Shown: positions 20,805-29,868 of the stretch, piece after piece
How positions within the stretch are numbered: position 1 is the stretch's first letter
Layout of the letters: each line of letters starts with the position of its first letter
Assembly: GCF_001457615.1 (NCBI RefSeq)
Contig: NZ_LN831024.1
Location: 1,530,001 to 1,562,000, forward strand
Length of the DNA stretch: 32,000 nucleotides
From: Pseudomonas aeruginosa
Lineage (GTDB): Bacteria > Pseudomonadota > Gammaproteobacteria > Pseudomonadales > Pseudomonadaceae
Reading direction: 5' to 3'
Translations under genes and position numbers: made by a program
The notes under the pieces: model-generated
Databases searched by the model: none
Told to the model about the DNA's origin: nothing
Seen by the model: only the letters and a program-made list of their open reading frames with translations

Positions 20805-21962
20805 ATGAATCTCAGACACTTCATCCGCATCACCGCGACGCTAGGCGTCGCGGCCCTTATCGCTGGCTGCGGGGAATCGGCGCCGCCCGGGGCGGCGAGC
20901 GCCCCGCCAAGCGTTCCCGTCGCCGAGGTGGTGGTTCGCCCGGTGACACCCTACGCCGAGTTCACCGGCTCGCTGACCGCTGTCGAGCAGGTAGAACTAC
21001 GGCCGCGCGTCGCCGGCTACATCCAGGACGTTACGGTGCCGGAAGGCCGCCTGGTAGAGAAGGGCCAGCAACTGTTCCTCATCGACCCGCGCGTGTTCAA
21101 GGCGGCGCAGGATGCCGCCAGGGCACGCCTGCGCGAGGCCGAGGCCGCGGCGTTGCTGGCGCGCACCGAACACGAGCGAGCCGAGCTGCTGTATGCGCGG
21201 AAGGTCGTCGCCCGGGAGCGGCTCGACAGCGCCATCGCCTCGCGCAATGCCAGCAAGGCCCAGGTCGATGCGGCCAGGGCCGCCCTCGACGCGGCGCAAC
21301 TGGATCTCGGCTTCACGCGGGTGACGGCACCGATCGGCGGGCGTGTCGGGCATATCCAGGTCACCGAGGGCAACTACGTCACCAATGGCGTCACCGCGCT
21401 GACCAGCATCGTCTCGGTCGATCCGCTGTACGTGTACTTCGATGTCGACGAGCGCACCTACCTGCAGGCCCTGGCGCCGACCCGCGGCAGGGAAGGCGAG
21501 CAGGCCCCCAGGGTCAAGGTGGCGTTGCTCACCGACGAGTCCTATGGACGAAGCAGTCGCCTCGATTTCCTCGCCAATGCCGCCGACCGCGGGACCGGCA
21601 CGGTCCGGGTTCGGGCGGTGGTCGACAACCCGGACGGGCAACTGACGCCGGGGCTGTTCGCCAAGGTCAGGCTGGAGACCGGCAAGCCTCGCGAGCAGGT
21701 GCTGGTCGCCGACCATTCCATCGGCACCGACCAGGGCCGGCGCTATGTGCTGGTCGTCGACGAAGGCAACAAGACCCAGTACCGGCCGGTGGAACTCGGG
21801 CCGATGGTCGACGGCCTGCGGGTCGTCCGCCAGGGCCTGCAGCCGGGCGAGCGCATCGTCGTCAAGGGCCTGGTGCGGCCGGACATGCAGATCACGCCGC
21901 TCCTTGCGGAAATCGATGGCACGCCCGTCGACCTGTCGAAGACCGTGGGGGCCGCACAATGA
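20805..21962 (+). CDS. mexP: RND efflux membrane fusion (periplasmic adaptor) protein MexP, 385 aa
   Basis: MNLRHFIRITATLGVAALIAGCGESAPPGAAS...PYAEFTGSLTAVEQVELRPRVAGYIQDVTVPEGRLVEKGQQLFLIDPRVF...; lipobox-like LIAGCG. Confidence 0.94.
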   Translation: MNLRHFIRITATLGVAALIAGCGESAPPGAASAPPSVPVAEVVVRPVTPYAEFTGSLTAVEQVELRPRVAGYIQDVTVPEGRLVEKGQQLFLIDPRVFKAAQDAARARLREAEAAALLARTEHERAELLYARKVVARERLDSAIASRNASKAQVDAARAALDAAQLDLGFTRVTAPIGGRVGHIQVTEGNYVTNGVTALTSIVSVDPLYVYFDVDERTYLQALAPTRGREGEQAPRVKVALLTDESYGRSSRLDFLANAADRGTGTVRVRAVVDNPDGQLTPGLFAKVRLETGKPREQVLVADHSIGTDQGRRYVLVVDEGNKTQYRPVELGPMVDGLRVVRQGLQPGERIVVKGLVRPDMQITPLLAEIDGTPVDLSKTVGAAQ

Positions 21963-24900
21963 CATTCCCACGCTTCTTCATCGATAGACCGATCTTCGCC
22001 ATCGTTCTTTCGGTGCTGATGATGATCGGAGGCATCGTTTCGTTCTTCCAGTTGCCGCTGAGCGAATACCCGGCGGTGACGCCGCCGACCGTGCAGGTGA
22101 CCACCGCCTATCCCGGCGCCAACCCCGACGTGATCGCGCAGACGGTGGCGACGCCGCTGGAGCAGGCGATCACCGGGGTCGAGGGGATGCTGTACATGTC
22201 CTCGCAGTCGGCCACCGACGGGCGAATGATCCTGACCATCACCTTCGACCAGCACATCGATCCCGACATGGCCCAGATCCAGGTGCAGAACCGGGTCTCG
22301 CGGGTGCTCTCGCGCCTGCCCGACGAGGTGCAGCGGCAGGGCGTGGTCACCCAGAAGACCTCGCCGGACATCCTCATGGTGGTGCACCTGCTGTCGCCGG
22401 AGCAACGCTACGACCCGCTGTACATCTCGAACTACGCCTACCTCCAGGTGCGCGACGAACTGCTGCGCCTGCCGGGGATCAGCGATGTGGTGGTGTGGGG
22501 CGCCGGCGAATACAGCATGCGCCTGTGGCTCGACCCCGACCTGATCGCCGCGCGTGGGCTGACGGCGGGCGAGGTGATCGCCGCGGTTCGCGAGCAGAAC
22601 GTCCAGGTGGCGGCCGGCGCCGTCGGCCAGGCGCCGGACTCCACCGCGGCCTTCCAGGTCACGGTGAATACCCTCGGGCGCCTGAGCGACGAAGAGCAGT
22701 TCGGCGACATCATCGTCCGCACCGGCGCCGACGGCCAGGTGACGCGCCTGCGCGACGTCGCGCGGATCGAGATGGGCGGCGATGCCTATGCGCTGCGCAG
22801 CCTGCTGGACGGCGAGCCGGCGGTGGCCTTGCAGATCGTCCAGAGCCCCGGAGCCAACGCGCTGGATACCGCCGAGGCGGTGCGTGCCACCGTGGCGAGG
22901 CTCGAAGGCAACTTCCCGGCCGGCCTGAGCGCGCGCATCGCCTACGACCCGACAGTGTTCGTCCGCGCTTCGTTGCAGACCGTGGCCACCACCCTGCTGG
23001 AGGCGATCCTGCTGGTCGTGGTGGTGGTGGTGCTGTTCCTGCGTAGCTGGCGTGCTTCGCTGATTCCGCTGATGGCCGTGCCGGTCTCGCTGGTCGGCAC
23101 CTTCGCCGTCATGCACCTGATGGGTTTCTCGCTGAATACCCTGTCGCTGTTCGGCCTGGTGCTGTCGATCGGCATCGTCGTCGATGACGCCATCGTGGTG
23201 GTGGAAAACGTCGAGCGCCACATCGAGAACGGCGAGCCGCCGCTCCAGGCCGCGCGGCGTGCGATGGACGAGGTCACCGGACCGATCATGGCGATCACCT
23301 CGGTGCTGGCGGCAGTGTTCATCCCCACGGCCTTTCTCAGTGGCCTGCAGGGCGAGTTCTATCGTCAGTTCGCCCTGACCATCGCCATCTCCACCATCCT
23401 GTCGGCGCTCAACTCGCTGACCCTCAGCCCGGCCCTGGCGGGCCTGCTGTTGCGTCCGCGGCCGGCCGGAGGTGCGGTGGCGGGCGCTTCCAGCGACTGC
23501 TCCAGGTCCTCGGCCGACCGTTGCGAAATGCCCCCGAGGCCTACGGCAACGCGGTGCGCAAGGTGGTGCGGGTGAGCGGCCTGGCTCTGGTGGTGTATGG
23601 GGCCTGCTTGGCCTGACCTGGGTCGGTTTCCAGGCGGTGCCACCGGGCTTCGTGCCAATGCAGGACAAGTACTATCTGGTCGGCATCGCCCAGTTGCCGA
23701 ACGGAGCGTCGCTGGAGCGTACCGATGCGGTGGTCAGGCAGATGTCCCGGATCGGCCTCGAGGAGCCGGGGTGGAGAGCGTCGTGGCCTTCCCGGGCCTG
23801 TCGGTGAACGGTTTCGTCAACGTGCCGAACGCCGCGGTCATGTTCTTCATGCTCGACCCGTTCGAATCGCGCACCTCCGCCGATCTCGCCGCGCTGGCCA
23901 TCGCCGGGCGCCTGCAAGCCAGGTTCGCCAGCATTCCCGACGGCTTCCTCGGGGTCTTCCCGCCGCCGCCGGTACCGGGGCTGGGAACCATCGGCGGCTT
24001 CAAGATGCAGGTCGAGGATCGCGGCGGCGCCGGGCTGGAAGCCCTGGCCAGGCAGACCCAGGTGCTGATGATGAAGGCCACTGAGTCCGGCCAGCTCGGG
24101 GGCTTGATGACCAGCTTCGATATCAATGCCCCGCAGCTCGAGGTGGTGGTCGACCGCACCAAGGTGAAGAGCCAGGGCGTTCGTCTGGCCGATGTGTTCG
24201 AGGCATTGCAGGTCTACCTCGGCTCGCTGTACATCAACGACTTCAACCGCTTCGGGCGCACCTACAAGGTCACTGCCCAGGCCGATGCGCCGCACCGCAT
24301 GCAGGCCGAAGCCATCGGGCGCCTGCAGGTACGCAATGCCGCCGGGGCGATGTTGCCGCTGTCCTCGTTCGTCACCGTGACGCCCAGCTCCGGTCCCGAC
24401 CGGGTGATCCACTACAACGGCTATCCGTCGGCGGATATCAGCGGCGGCGCGCTTCCCGGCGTCAGTTCGGGACAGGCGGTGGCGTTGATGGAGCGCCTGG
24501 CCGGCGAAGTGCTGCCCGAGGGCATGACCTTCGAATGGACCGACCTGACCTACCAGCAGAAGCTGGCCGGCAACAGCGCGCTGTTCATCTTCCCGCTGTG
24601 CGTGCTGCTGGCCTACCTGATCCTCGCCGCGCAGTACAACAGCTGGCTGTTGCCGCTGGCGGTCCTGCTGATCGTGCCGATGTGCCTGCTCAGCGCGATC
24701 GCCGGGGTGTGGCTGATGGGCGGCGACAACAACGTGTTCGTCCAGATCGGGCTGGTGGTGCTGGTCGGCCTGGCGGCGAAGAACGCGATCCTGATCGTCG
24801 AGTTCGCCCGCACGCTGGAGGCCGAGGGCGCCCGTGCGCTGGAGGCGGTGGTCGAGGCTTGCCGCCTGCGCCTGCGGCCGATCCTGATGACCTCGCTGGC

Positions 24901-25117
24901 GTTCATCGCCGGCGTGGTGCCGTTGGTCATGGCCAGCGGCGCCGGAGCGGAAATGCGCCAGGCCATGGGCGTCGCGGTATTCGCCGGGATGCTCGGGGTG
25001 ACGCTGTTCGGCCTGTTCCTCACGCCAGTGTTCTACGTACTGGTACGGGCACTGGCGGCGCGCCTGGAGCGACGCGCCGGCGGCAGCCTGGCGCATCTGG
25101 AGGGAGGCCGTCCATGA
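21959..25117 (+). pseudogene. mexQ: RND efflux inner-membrane transporter MexQ; reading frame interrupted as given
   Basis: N-terminal part 21959..23575 (MTFPRFFIDRPIFAIVLSVLMMIGGIVSFFQLPLSEYPAVTPPTVQVTTAYPGANPD...) and C-terminal part read from ~23771..25117 (GVESVVAFPGLSVNGFVNVPNAAVMFF...). The intervening MexQ protein continues in the other two frames, requiring three -1 shifts near 23476-23484, 23599-23602 and 23768-23771. Start overlaps the mexP stop (ATGA). Confidence 0.85.
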
Positions 25118-26589
25118 AGCCATACCTGCGGTCTTCGTTGAGCGCGCTGATCCTGCTGGGCGGCTGTGCCGCGGTGGGGCCCGACTATGCGCCGCCGAGC
25201 GCGTCCGCACCGGCCAGCTTCGGCGCGATGCCGGCGGGTATCGATGGCGGTGGCGTGGAGATCGAGTGGTGGCGCGGGTTCGACGAGCCAGACCTGGAGT
25301 CTCTGATCCAGCGGGCGCTCGCGGCGAACCTCGACATCGCCCTTGCCGGCGCGCGCCTGGACGAAGCGAAGGCGCTGCTGCGCGAGAACCGCGAAGAGTT
25401 CCTGCCGCGCGGCGGCCCGGCGTTCGATTACCAGGCCCGGCGGCGCGGCGAGGTGGAAACACCGGCCGGCCAGCAGCGCGACATCGAGACCTATCGCGGC
25501 GCGCTGGATGCTTCCTGGGAAATCGACCTGTTCGGCCGGGTGCGGCGCTCGGTGGAGGCCGCCGAGGCGCAGGCGGGCTCGCGCGAGGCCCTGCTGCGCA
25601 ACGTGCAGGCGAGCGTCGCGGCTACGGTTGCCATGACCTGGTTCCAGCTACAGGGCATCGAGGCCGAACTTGCGGTGGTCCATGACATCGCCGGCAACCA
25701 GCGCGACAGCCTGGAGATGGTCGAACGCCTGGTCAGCGCCGGCTCCGCCCACGAGTTCGACCGGTTGCGCGCCGAAGCGTTATTGCACAACGTCGAGGCG
25801 GCCGTGCCCGACCTCGAACGGCGCCGCGCCGCCACCCGCAATGCGCTGGCCGTTCTCCTTGCGGAAGCCCCGCAGGCCTTCAGCCCGCCGGTCGCCCGTG
25901 CCTCCGGGGAAAGGCTGACGCTCCGCACCCTCGGGGTCGGCGACCCGGCGGGACTGCTGGCGCGTCGCGCCGACATCGCCGCGGCCGAACGCAACCTGGC
26001 GGCCGCGACCGCACGTATCGGCGTCGAGACCGCGGGGCTGTATCCGCAGGTCGAGGTACGCGGCTCGATCGGCCTGGTCGCCGGCAATCTCGATGCTTTG
26101 GACGAGAGTGGTACGTCCTTCAACGTCCTGAACCCGGTGATTCGCTGGGCGTTACTCGACCGCGGTCGCGTGCGGGCGCGGATCGCCGCCAGCGAGGCCC
26201 GTGCGCAGGAGGCATTGATCCTCTACGACCGGACGGTGCTGCGCGCCCTGCAGGAGACCGATGATGCCTTCAACGGCTATGGCGCTGCCGCTGACAGGCT
26301 CCGCCTGCGCCTGCTCGAGGCGACGGCCAATCGCGAGGCGGCGCGCCTGGCCCGGGAACGCTTCGTCCAGGGGGACGGCGAGTACCTGGACGTGCTCGAG
26401 GCGGAACGCTCGGACTACCTCAGCCGGCGCGCATTGAGCATCGCGCGCACCGAGCAGCGCCTTGCCGTCGTGGGTATCTACAAGGCGCTGGGTGGTGGCT
26501 GGGAAGCCTGCGCGGGGGCGCGGCGCTGTGGCGTGGCTACCGACGATACCTCTCCAGGCGTGGCACGGCAGCGCGACAGTCGCTCCTGA
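25114..26589 (+). CDS. opmE: Outer-membrane efflux protein OpmE (TolC/NodT family), 491 aa
   Basis: MKPYLRSSLSALILLGGCAAVGPDYAPPSASAPASFGAMPAGIDGGGVEIEWWRGFDEPDLESLIQRALAANLDIALAGARLDEAKALLRENREEFLPRGG...; NodT-type lipoprotein start. ATGA overlap with the mexQ stop. Confidence 0.93.
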   Translation: MKPYLRSSLSALILLGGCAAVGPDYAPPSASAPASFGAMPAGIDGGGVEIEWWRGFDEPDLESLIQRALAANLDIALAGARLDEAKALLRENREEFLPRGGPAFDYQARRRGEVETPAGQQRDIETYRGALDASWEIDLFGRVRRSVEAAEAQAGSREALLRNVQASVAATVAMTWFQLQGIEAELAVVHDIAGNQRDSLEMVERLVSAGSAHEFDRLRAEALLHNVEAAVPDLERRRAATRNALAVLLAEAPQAFSPPVARASGERLTLRTLGVGDPAGLLARRADIAAAERNLAAATARIGVETAGLYPQVEVRGSIGLVAGNLDALDESGTSFNVLNPVIRWALLDRGRVRARIAASEARAQEALILYDRTVLRALQETDDAFNGYGAAADRLRLRLLEATANREAARLARERFVQGDGEYLDVLEAERSDYLSRRALSIARTEQRLAVVGIYKALGGGWEACAGARRCGVATDDTSPGVARQRDSRS

Positions 26590-27125
26590 TCAGCCGCCGG
26601 CGGTTTCCGGCCGCCGGCCTTCGCTCGACTGCCTGGGTCGAGGGCCGTGCGGCGCGTCCTCCGGTTATTTGGCGAACCCCGGGAGTACGGATTGCCTGGC
26701 GCGGATCGCTCGTCCCTGTCCGCCTTATCGATAAGTCGGTTCCGAACTCTTTTTCGGTAGTTCATTCAGATGGATGAGTGAAGAGGGCAGATGGAAAGTA
26801 TCTGCTCGGGACTTCAATGTTCAGAAGAGTGGGGAAGTATTACTTTCTCATTGTTCTTCAGGTACGTTCCGGCTGCCCGCCGTTTCTTATTGAACGAGGT
26901 CACTCCTGTGCCTCTGCGCTCGCGCCGCACGGAGACGTCGAATACATATCGTCGAGAGGTTCTTCAGTGGTGAGTGGAGCTGGCTGAGGCGGTATCTCGG
27001 TTGCCTGGCGGAGTTGTTCTATATGTTCGTTCTTGGCTTTGCCCGTTGTTTGAAGTTTGCGGAATAACCTCTGGAACTATTCATATGAATTTTTGAAAGT
27101 TTGGTTTACCTGAGAGATTTATGAG

Positions 27126-27156
27126 TTGACCTTGTCACGATGGCAGGACTCATGGT
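27126..27156 (+). promoter_or_regulatory. MerR-family (CueR-type) promoter/operator for copZ1
   Basis: TTGACC-N19-CATGGT (TTGACCTTGTCACGATGGCAGGACTCATGGT), ~31 bp upstream of the copZ1 ATG, partial dyad CTTGTCAcgaTGGCAGG. Confidence 0.75.
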
Positions 27157-27186
27157 TCGCAGGAGTCAACAAACCAGGAGGTTGCG

Positions 27187-27381
27187 ATGTTTTCTTTCCA
27201 TATTCCGAACATGACCTGCGGCGGTTGTGCCAAGACTGTCACCCGTATCCTGCACGGCGTCGATCCCCAGGCGCGCGTAGAGACCGATCCCCCTCGGCGC
27301 GAGGCTAGGGTCGAGAGCACTCTGGACAAGCACGCATTCCTCGAGGCGTTGAGCGAGGCCGGTTATCCGGAGGGCCGTTGA
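27187..27381 (+). CDS. copZ1: Small cytoplasmic HMA-domain copper chaperone, 64 aa
   Basis: MFSFHIPNMTCGGCAKTVTRILHGVDPQARVETDPPRREARVESTLDKHAFLEALSEAGYPEGR; MTCGGC metal-binding motif; AGGAGG RBS at 27176. Confidence 0.9.
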   Translation: MFSFHIPNMTCGGCAKTVTRILHGVDPQARVETDPPRREARVESTLDKHAFLEALSEAGYPEGR

Positions 27382-27443
27382 GTGCATGGGCATGACGCAG
27401 GCGTAGGGTCGGATAGTAGCGTTTCGCCCAGTGCCGGCAATAG

Positions 27444-27462
27444 GAAAATGATTTTCATTGAA
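27444..27462. promoter_or_regulatory. Candidate Fur box in the copZ1-flcE intergenic region
   Basis: GAAAATGATTTTCATTGAA; by eye 14/19 matches to GATAATGATTATCATTATC. Confidence 0.4.
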
Positions 27463-27715
27463 GTCTGCGCGCCATATGCCATCAATGGCGCTTGGCTATT
27501 GTGGAAAGAACGCTTTGGAATTTGTAAATCAATATTTCAGTCGGCCGCGAGGTGACAGTTATGTGAACGGAAAGAGGCGCTGACAGGAAACCCTAAAAGT
27601 TATTCTCCGATGGATTCGCAGGCCTTTAGCTCGGGGTTTTTCGCAGCGCATCCAGTGTTATCGAAGAGCACCTTTCGGCGAACTCCGTTGTCCGCCGAGA
27701 AGGCCGCTGCATTGC

Positions 27716-27746
27716 TTGACCTTGCCACCGTGGCAAGCTTTACGGT
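27716..27746 (+). promoter_or_regulatory. MerR-family (CueR-type) promoter/operator for the flc operon
   Basis: TTGACC-N19-TACGGT with 17-bp perfect dyad CTTGCCAC-C-GTGGCAAG (27721-27737). Confidence 0.85.
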
Positions 27747-27781
27747 CGCCCCGCACAACAACAAAAACAAGGGTGATCCAA

Positions 27782-28819
27782 ATGACTTCAAATCCGTTAC
27801 AGCAATGCTGCAGTTCTTCCTCCGATATGAATATCCGTTCCCAGCGGACAATGTCGGAACCTGCCCGAAATGCATCGGCTCTCCTGGCTGAAGCCTTGAA
27901 ACCCGGTGCCTCCCTGGACCAGATCACGCTCGCGCTCGAGGCGATTCTCGCGGTCACGGCCAAAGGCCTGGGCGGCGATGCTTCGGCTTACGCGCAGTAC
28001 CAGGCGTTGCTCCTGGAACTGCACGTAGGCAGCGATCCGCATACGGAGCCGACCCGCCGCTGGATGGCGAGCCAGGTCTACCTGGTCGAGGATCGTTTCG
28101 CTCCCGAGCCGGCCGGTTTCAGCGCCGTCCCGGTGGAGGAGTTCCGCAAGAAGGTCGACGCCGAGATCGAGGCGCGCAGCCGGGTGCGCCATCCCATGTC
28201 GGTCCACCTGTTCCAGGGCACGCCGCCGGTCGAGGACGTGCGCTTCTTCCTGGAACACCATTGGGTCCGTTCCTACAACTTCTACAGCCTCCTGGCGGAG
28301 CTGGCCTTCCGCTTCGAAAACATCGAGGACGCCTCGGTGTTCTACCGCAACCTCTACGGCGAGGCCGGGGCGGAGACGCCGGAGCGCTCGCACCCCGCGT
28401 TGCTGTCCCACCTGATGACCTACTTCGACATTCCGCTGCGCATCGATTTCCCGGCGCTGCATCCGCTGGAGAAGGCCTACCTCAACAACCGTATCCGTTG
28501 CGTGCGGCACACCGATGTCGCCTGGGGCCTTGCGCTCCTGTACGCGGTCGAGTCGGTGAGCTGCGTCAACCACCGGCGCATCTACGAACTCCTGCAGCGC
28601 CTGGGCGTGCCCGAGCAACCCAGCGAGTTCCATCGCCTGCACGGCACCCAGGACGAGATCGATACCGAGGAGATGTGGGCGCTGATCGCCAAGTTCGCGC
28701 CGAGCGAAGACTTCCAGCGCCAGTTCATGCAGTCGCTGGCGCGCCACTTCGAAATCAACCGGGCCTACTTCGACCTGCTCTGGGAGCAGATGCAGGCGAA
28801 TTCCCTGGCCATGGCCTGA
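27782..28819 (+). CDS. flcE: Heme-oxygenase-like diiron oxidase (HDO)/iron-containing redox enzyme, fluopsin C biosynthesis (FlcE-like)
   Basis: ...HPMSVHLFQGTPPVEDVRFFLEHHWVRSYNFYSLLAELAFRFENIEDASVFYRNLYGEAGAETPERSHPALL...; HDO pattern E-x9-H (EAGAETPERSH) plus later Glu (YAVESV). Start uncertain: ATG at 27782 or 27851. Assignment rests on homology pattern and operon context. Confidence 0.85.
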   Translation: MTSNPLQQCCSSSSDMNIRSQRTMSEPARNASALLAEALKPGASLDQITLALEAILAVTAKGLGGDASAYAQYQALLLELHVGSDPHTEPTRRWMASQVYLVEDRFAPEPAGFSAVPVEEFRKKVDAEIEARSRVRHPMSVHLFQGTPPVEDVRFFLEHHWVRSYNFYSLLAELAFRFENIEDASVFYRNLYGEAGAETPERSHPALLSHLMTYFDIPLRIDFPALHPLEKAYLNNRIRCVRHTDVAWGLALLYAVESVSCVNHRRIYELLQRLGVPEQPSEFHRLHGTQDEIDTEEMWALIAKFAPSEDFQRQFMQSLARHFEINRAYFDLLWEQMQANSLAMA

Positions 28820-28851
28820 TGCCTATCCAGAACAAGAACAAGGAGTACAGG

Positions 28852-29838
28852 ATGAATACCCGCAATTTTTCCCTGCCGCAGTTGCAGAACCTGCCCATCG
28901 AAGAAGCACGCATCGTTGCCGATGCGCTGGCCGTCCACGCTACTTCCCGCCAGATCGATAGCGCCGCGAGCAAGCTGGCCGCGCTGGCCGAGGCAGGGCT
29001 CAAGGGCGACCGCCAGGCCTATGCCGCGTACCAGCAGTTGCTCTACGTCCTTTCGTTGAGCGACGACGTGGCGACCGCCCAGACCCGGCGCTGGCTGGCC
29101 CGGGCGATCTATCGCGTCGAAGAGCGTTTCATGCCCGCCGCCGATCTTTCCAGGGCGTTGTCCGAGGAGGATTTCCAGAAGCGACTCGAACAGGAAATCG
29201 CCGCGCAGTCCCGCGAGCGGCACCCGATGTCGCAGTACGTGTTCTCCGGCTCGGCCTCCCGCGCGCAGCTCCAGGTGTTCCTCCGTCACCAGTGGTTCCG
29301 CACCTTCCGCCTGTACCGCGATGCGGCCGACCTGTTGGTCAACCTGACCGATGTGGACGAGGCCGCGGCGCTCGCGCGTTACCTCTATGGCGAGTTGGGC
29401 GAGGAAGACGAAAAGGGTTCGCATCCGCGCCTGCTGGCCAAGCTGCTCGAGGCCATCGGCCTTGAGGCGGACTTCCAGGCCGTGTCGACGATGCCCGAGG
29501 AAATCGCCTACCTGAACAATCGCGCCCGTGCCTTCCGGCATGCCGAGGTCGGTTGGGGGCTGGCGGTGTTCTACATCACCGAACTGGTCGTGCCGGGGAA
29601 CCACGAAAAGCTCTATCGGGCCCTGCTCCAGGCCGGCCTGAGCGAGGACCAGGCGGAGTACTACAAGGTCCACATCAGCCTCGTACCGCCGCGGGCCAAG
29701 CGCGAATGGCAACTCATCGCGCGGCGGATTCCGGACGTGCAGTTCCAGAATGCGTTCCTGACCTCGCTATCGCAGCACTTCCGTGTGGAAAGGGCCTATT
29801 ACGACGCGATCTGGGAAGAGATGCAGAGCGTCAAGTGA
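28852..29838 (+). CDS. flcD: Second HDO-family iron-dependent enzyme, fluopsin C biosynthesis (FlcD-like), 328 aa
   Basis: MNTRNFSLPQLQNLPIEEARIVADALAVHATSRQ...RHPMSQYVFSGSASRAQLQVFLRHQWFRTFRLYRDAADLL...YLYGELGEEDEKGSHPRLL; clearly paralogous to the preceding ORF. aaggag RBS precedes 28852; alternative start 28819 (TGATG overlap). Confidence 0.87.
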   Translation: MNTRNFSLPQLQNLPIEEARIVADALAVHATSRQIDSAASKLAALAEAGLKGDRQAYAAYQQLLYVLSLSDDVATAQTRRWLARAIYRVEERFMPAADLSRALSEEDFQKRLEQEIAAQSRERHPMSQYVFSGSASRAQLQVFLRHQWFRTFRLYRDAADLLVNLTDVDEAAALARYLYGELGEEDEKGSHPRLLAKLLEAIGLEADFQAVSTMPEEIAYLNNRARAFRHAEVGWGLAVFYITELVVPGNHEKLYRALLQAGLSEDQAEYYKVHISLVPPRAKREWQLIARRIPDVQFQNAFLTSLSQHFRVERAYYDAIWEEMQSVK

Positions 29839-29868
29839 CTTCCACCGGGACAAAGCGAGCACTCGAAA

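Noticed and set aside
23575-23597. Interpreting 21959..23575 and 23597..25117 as two genuine separate RND genes or a split transporter
   Set aside because: The missing MexQ residues are encoded continuously in the alternative frames between the two ORFs, so this is one gene with indels rather than a true two-gene arrangement.
23597-23770. N-terminal ~58 residues of ORF 23597..25117 (MGPAWPDLGRFPGG...)
   Set aside because: Out-of-frame translation of MexQ sequence; authentic MexQ resumes at about 23771 (VESVVAFPGLSV).
26778-26987. Small ORFs (26778..26987, 26791..26973) in the opmE-copZ1 gap
   Set aside because: Two overlapping frames of similar length, no good RBS, no recognisable family. 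Not supported as coding.
27610-27891. ORF 27610..27891 overlapping the flc promoter and flcE start
   Set aside because: It spans the CueR-type operator and overlaps flcE in another frame. The longer ORF-track version of flcE (start 27716) also begins inside the -35 box, so an internal ATG was chosen.
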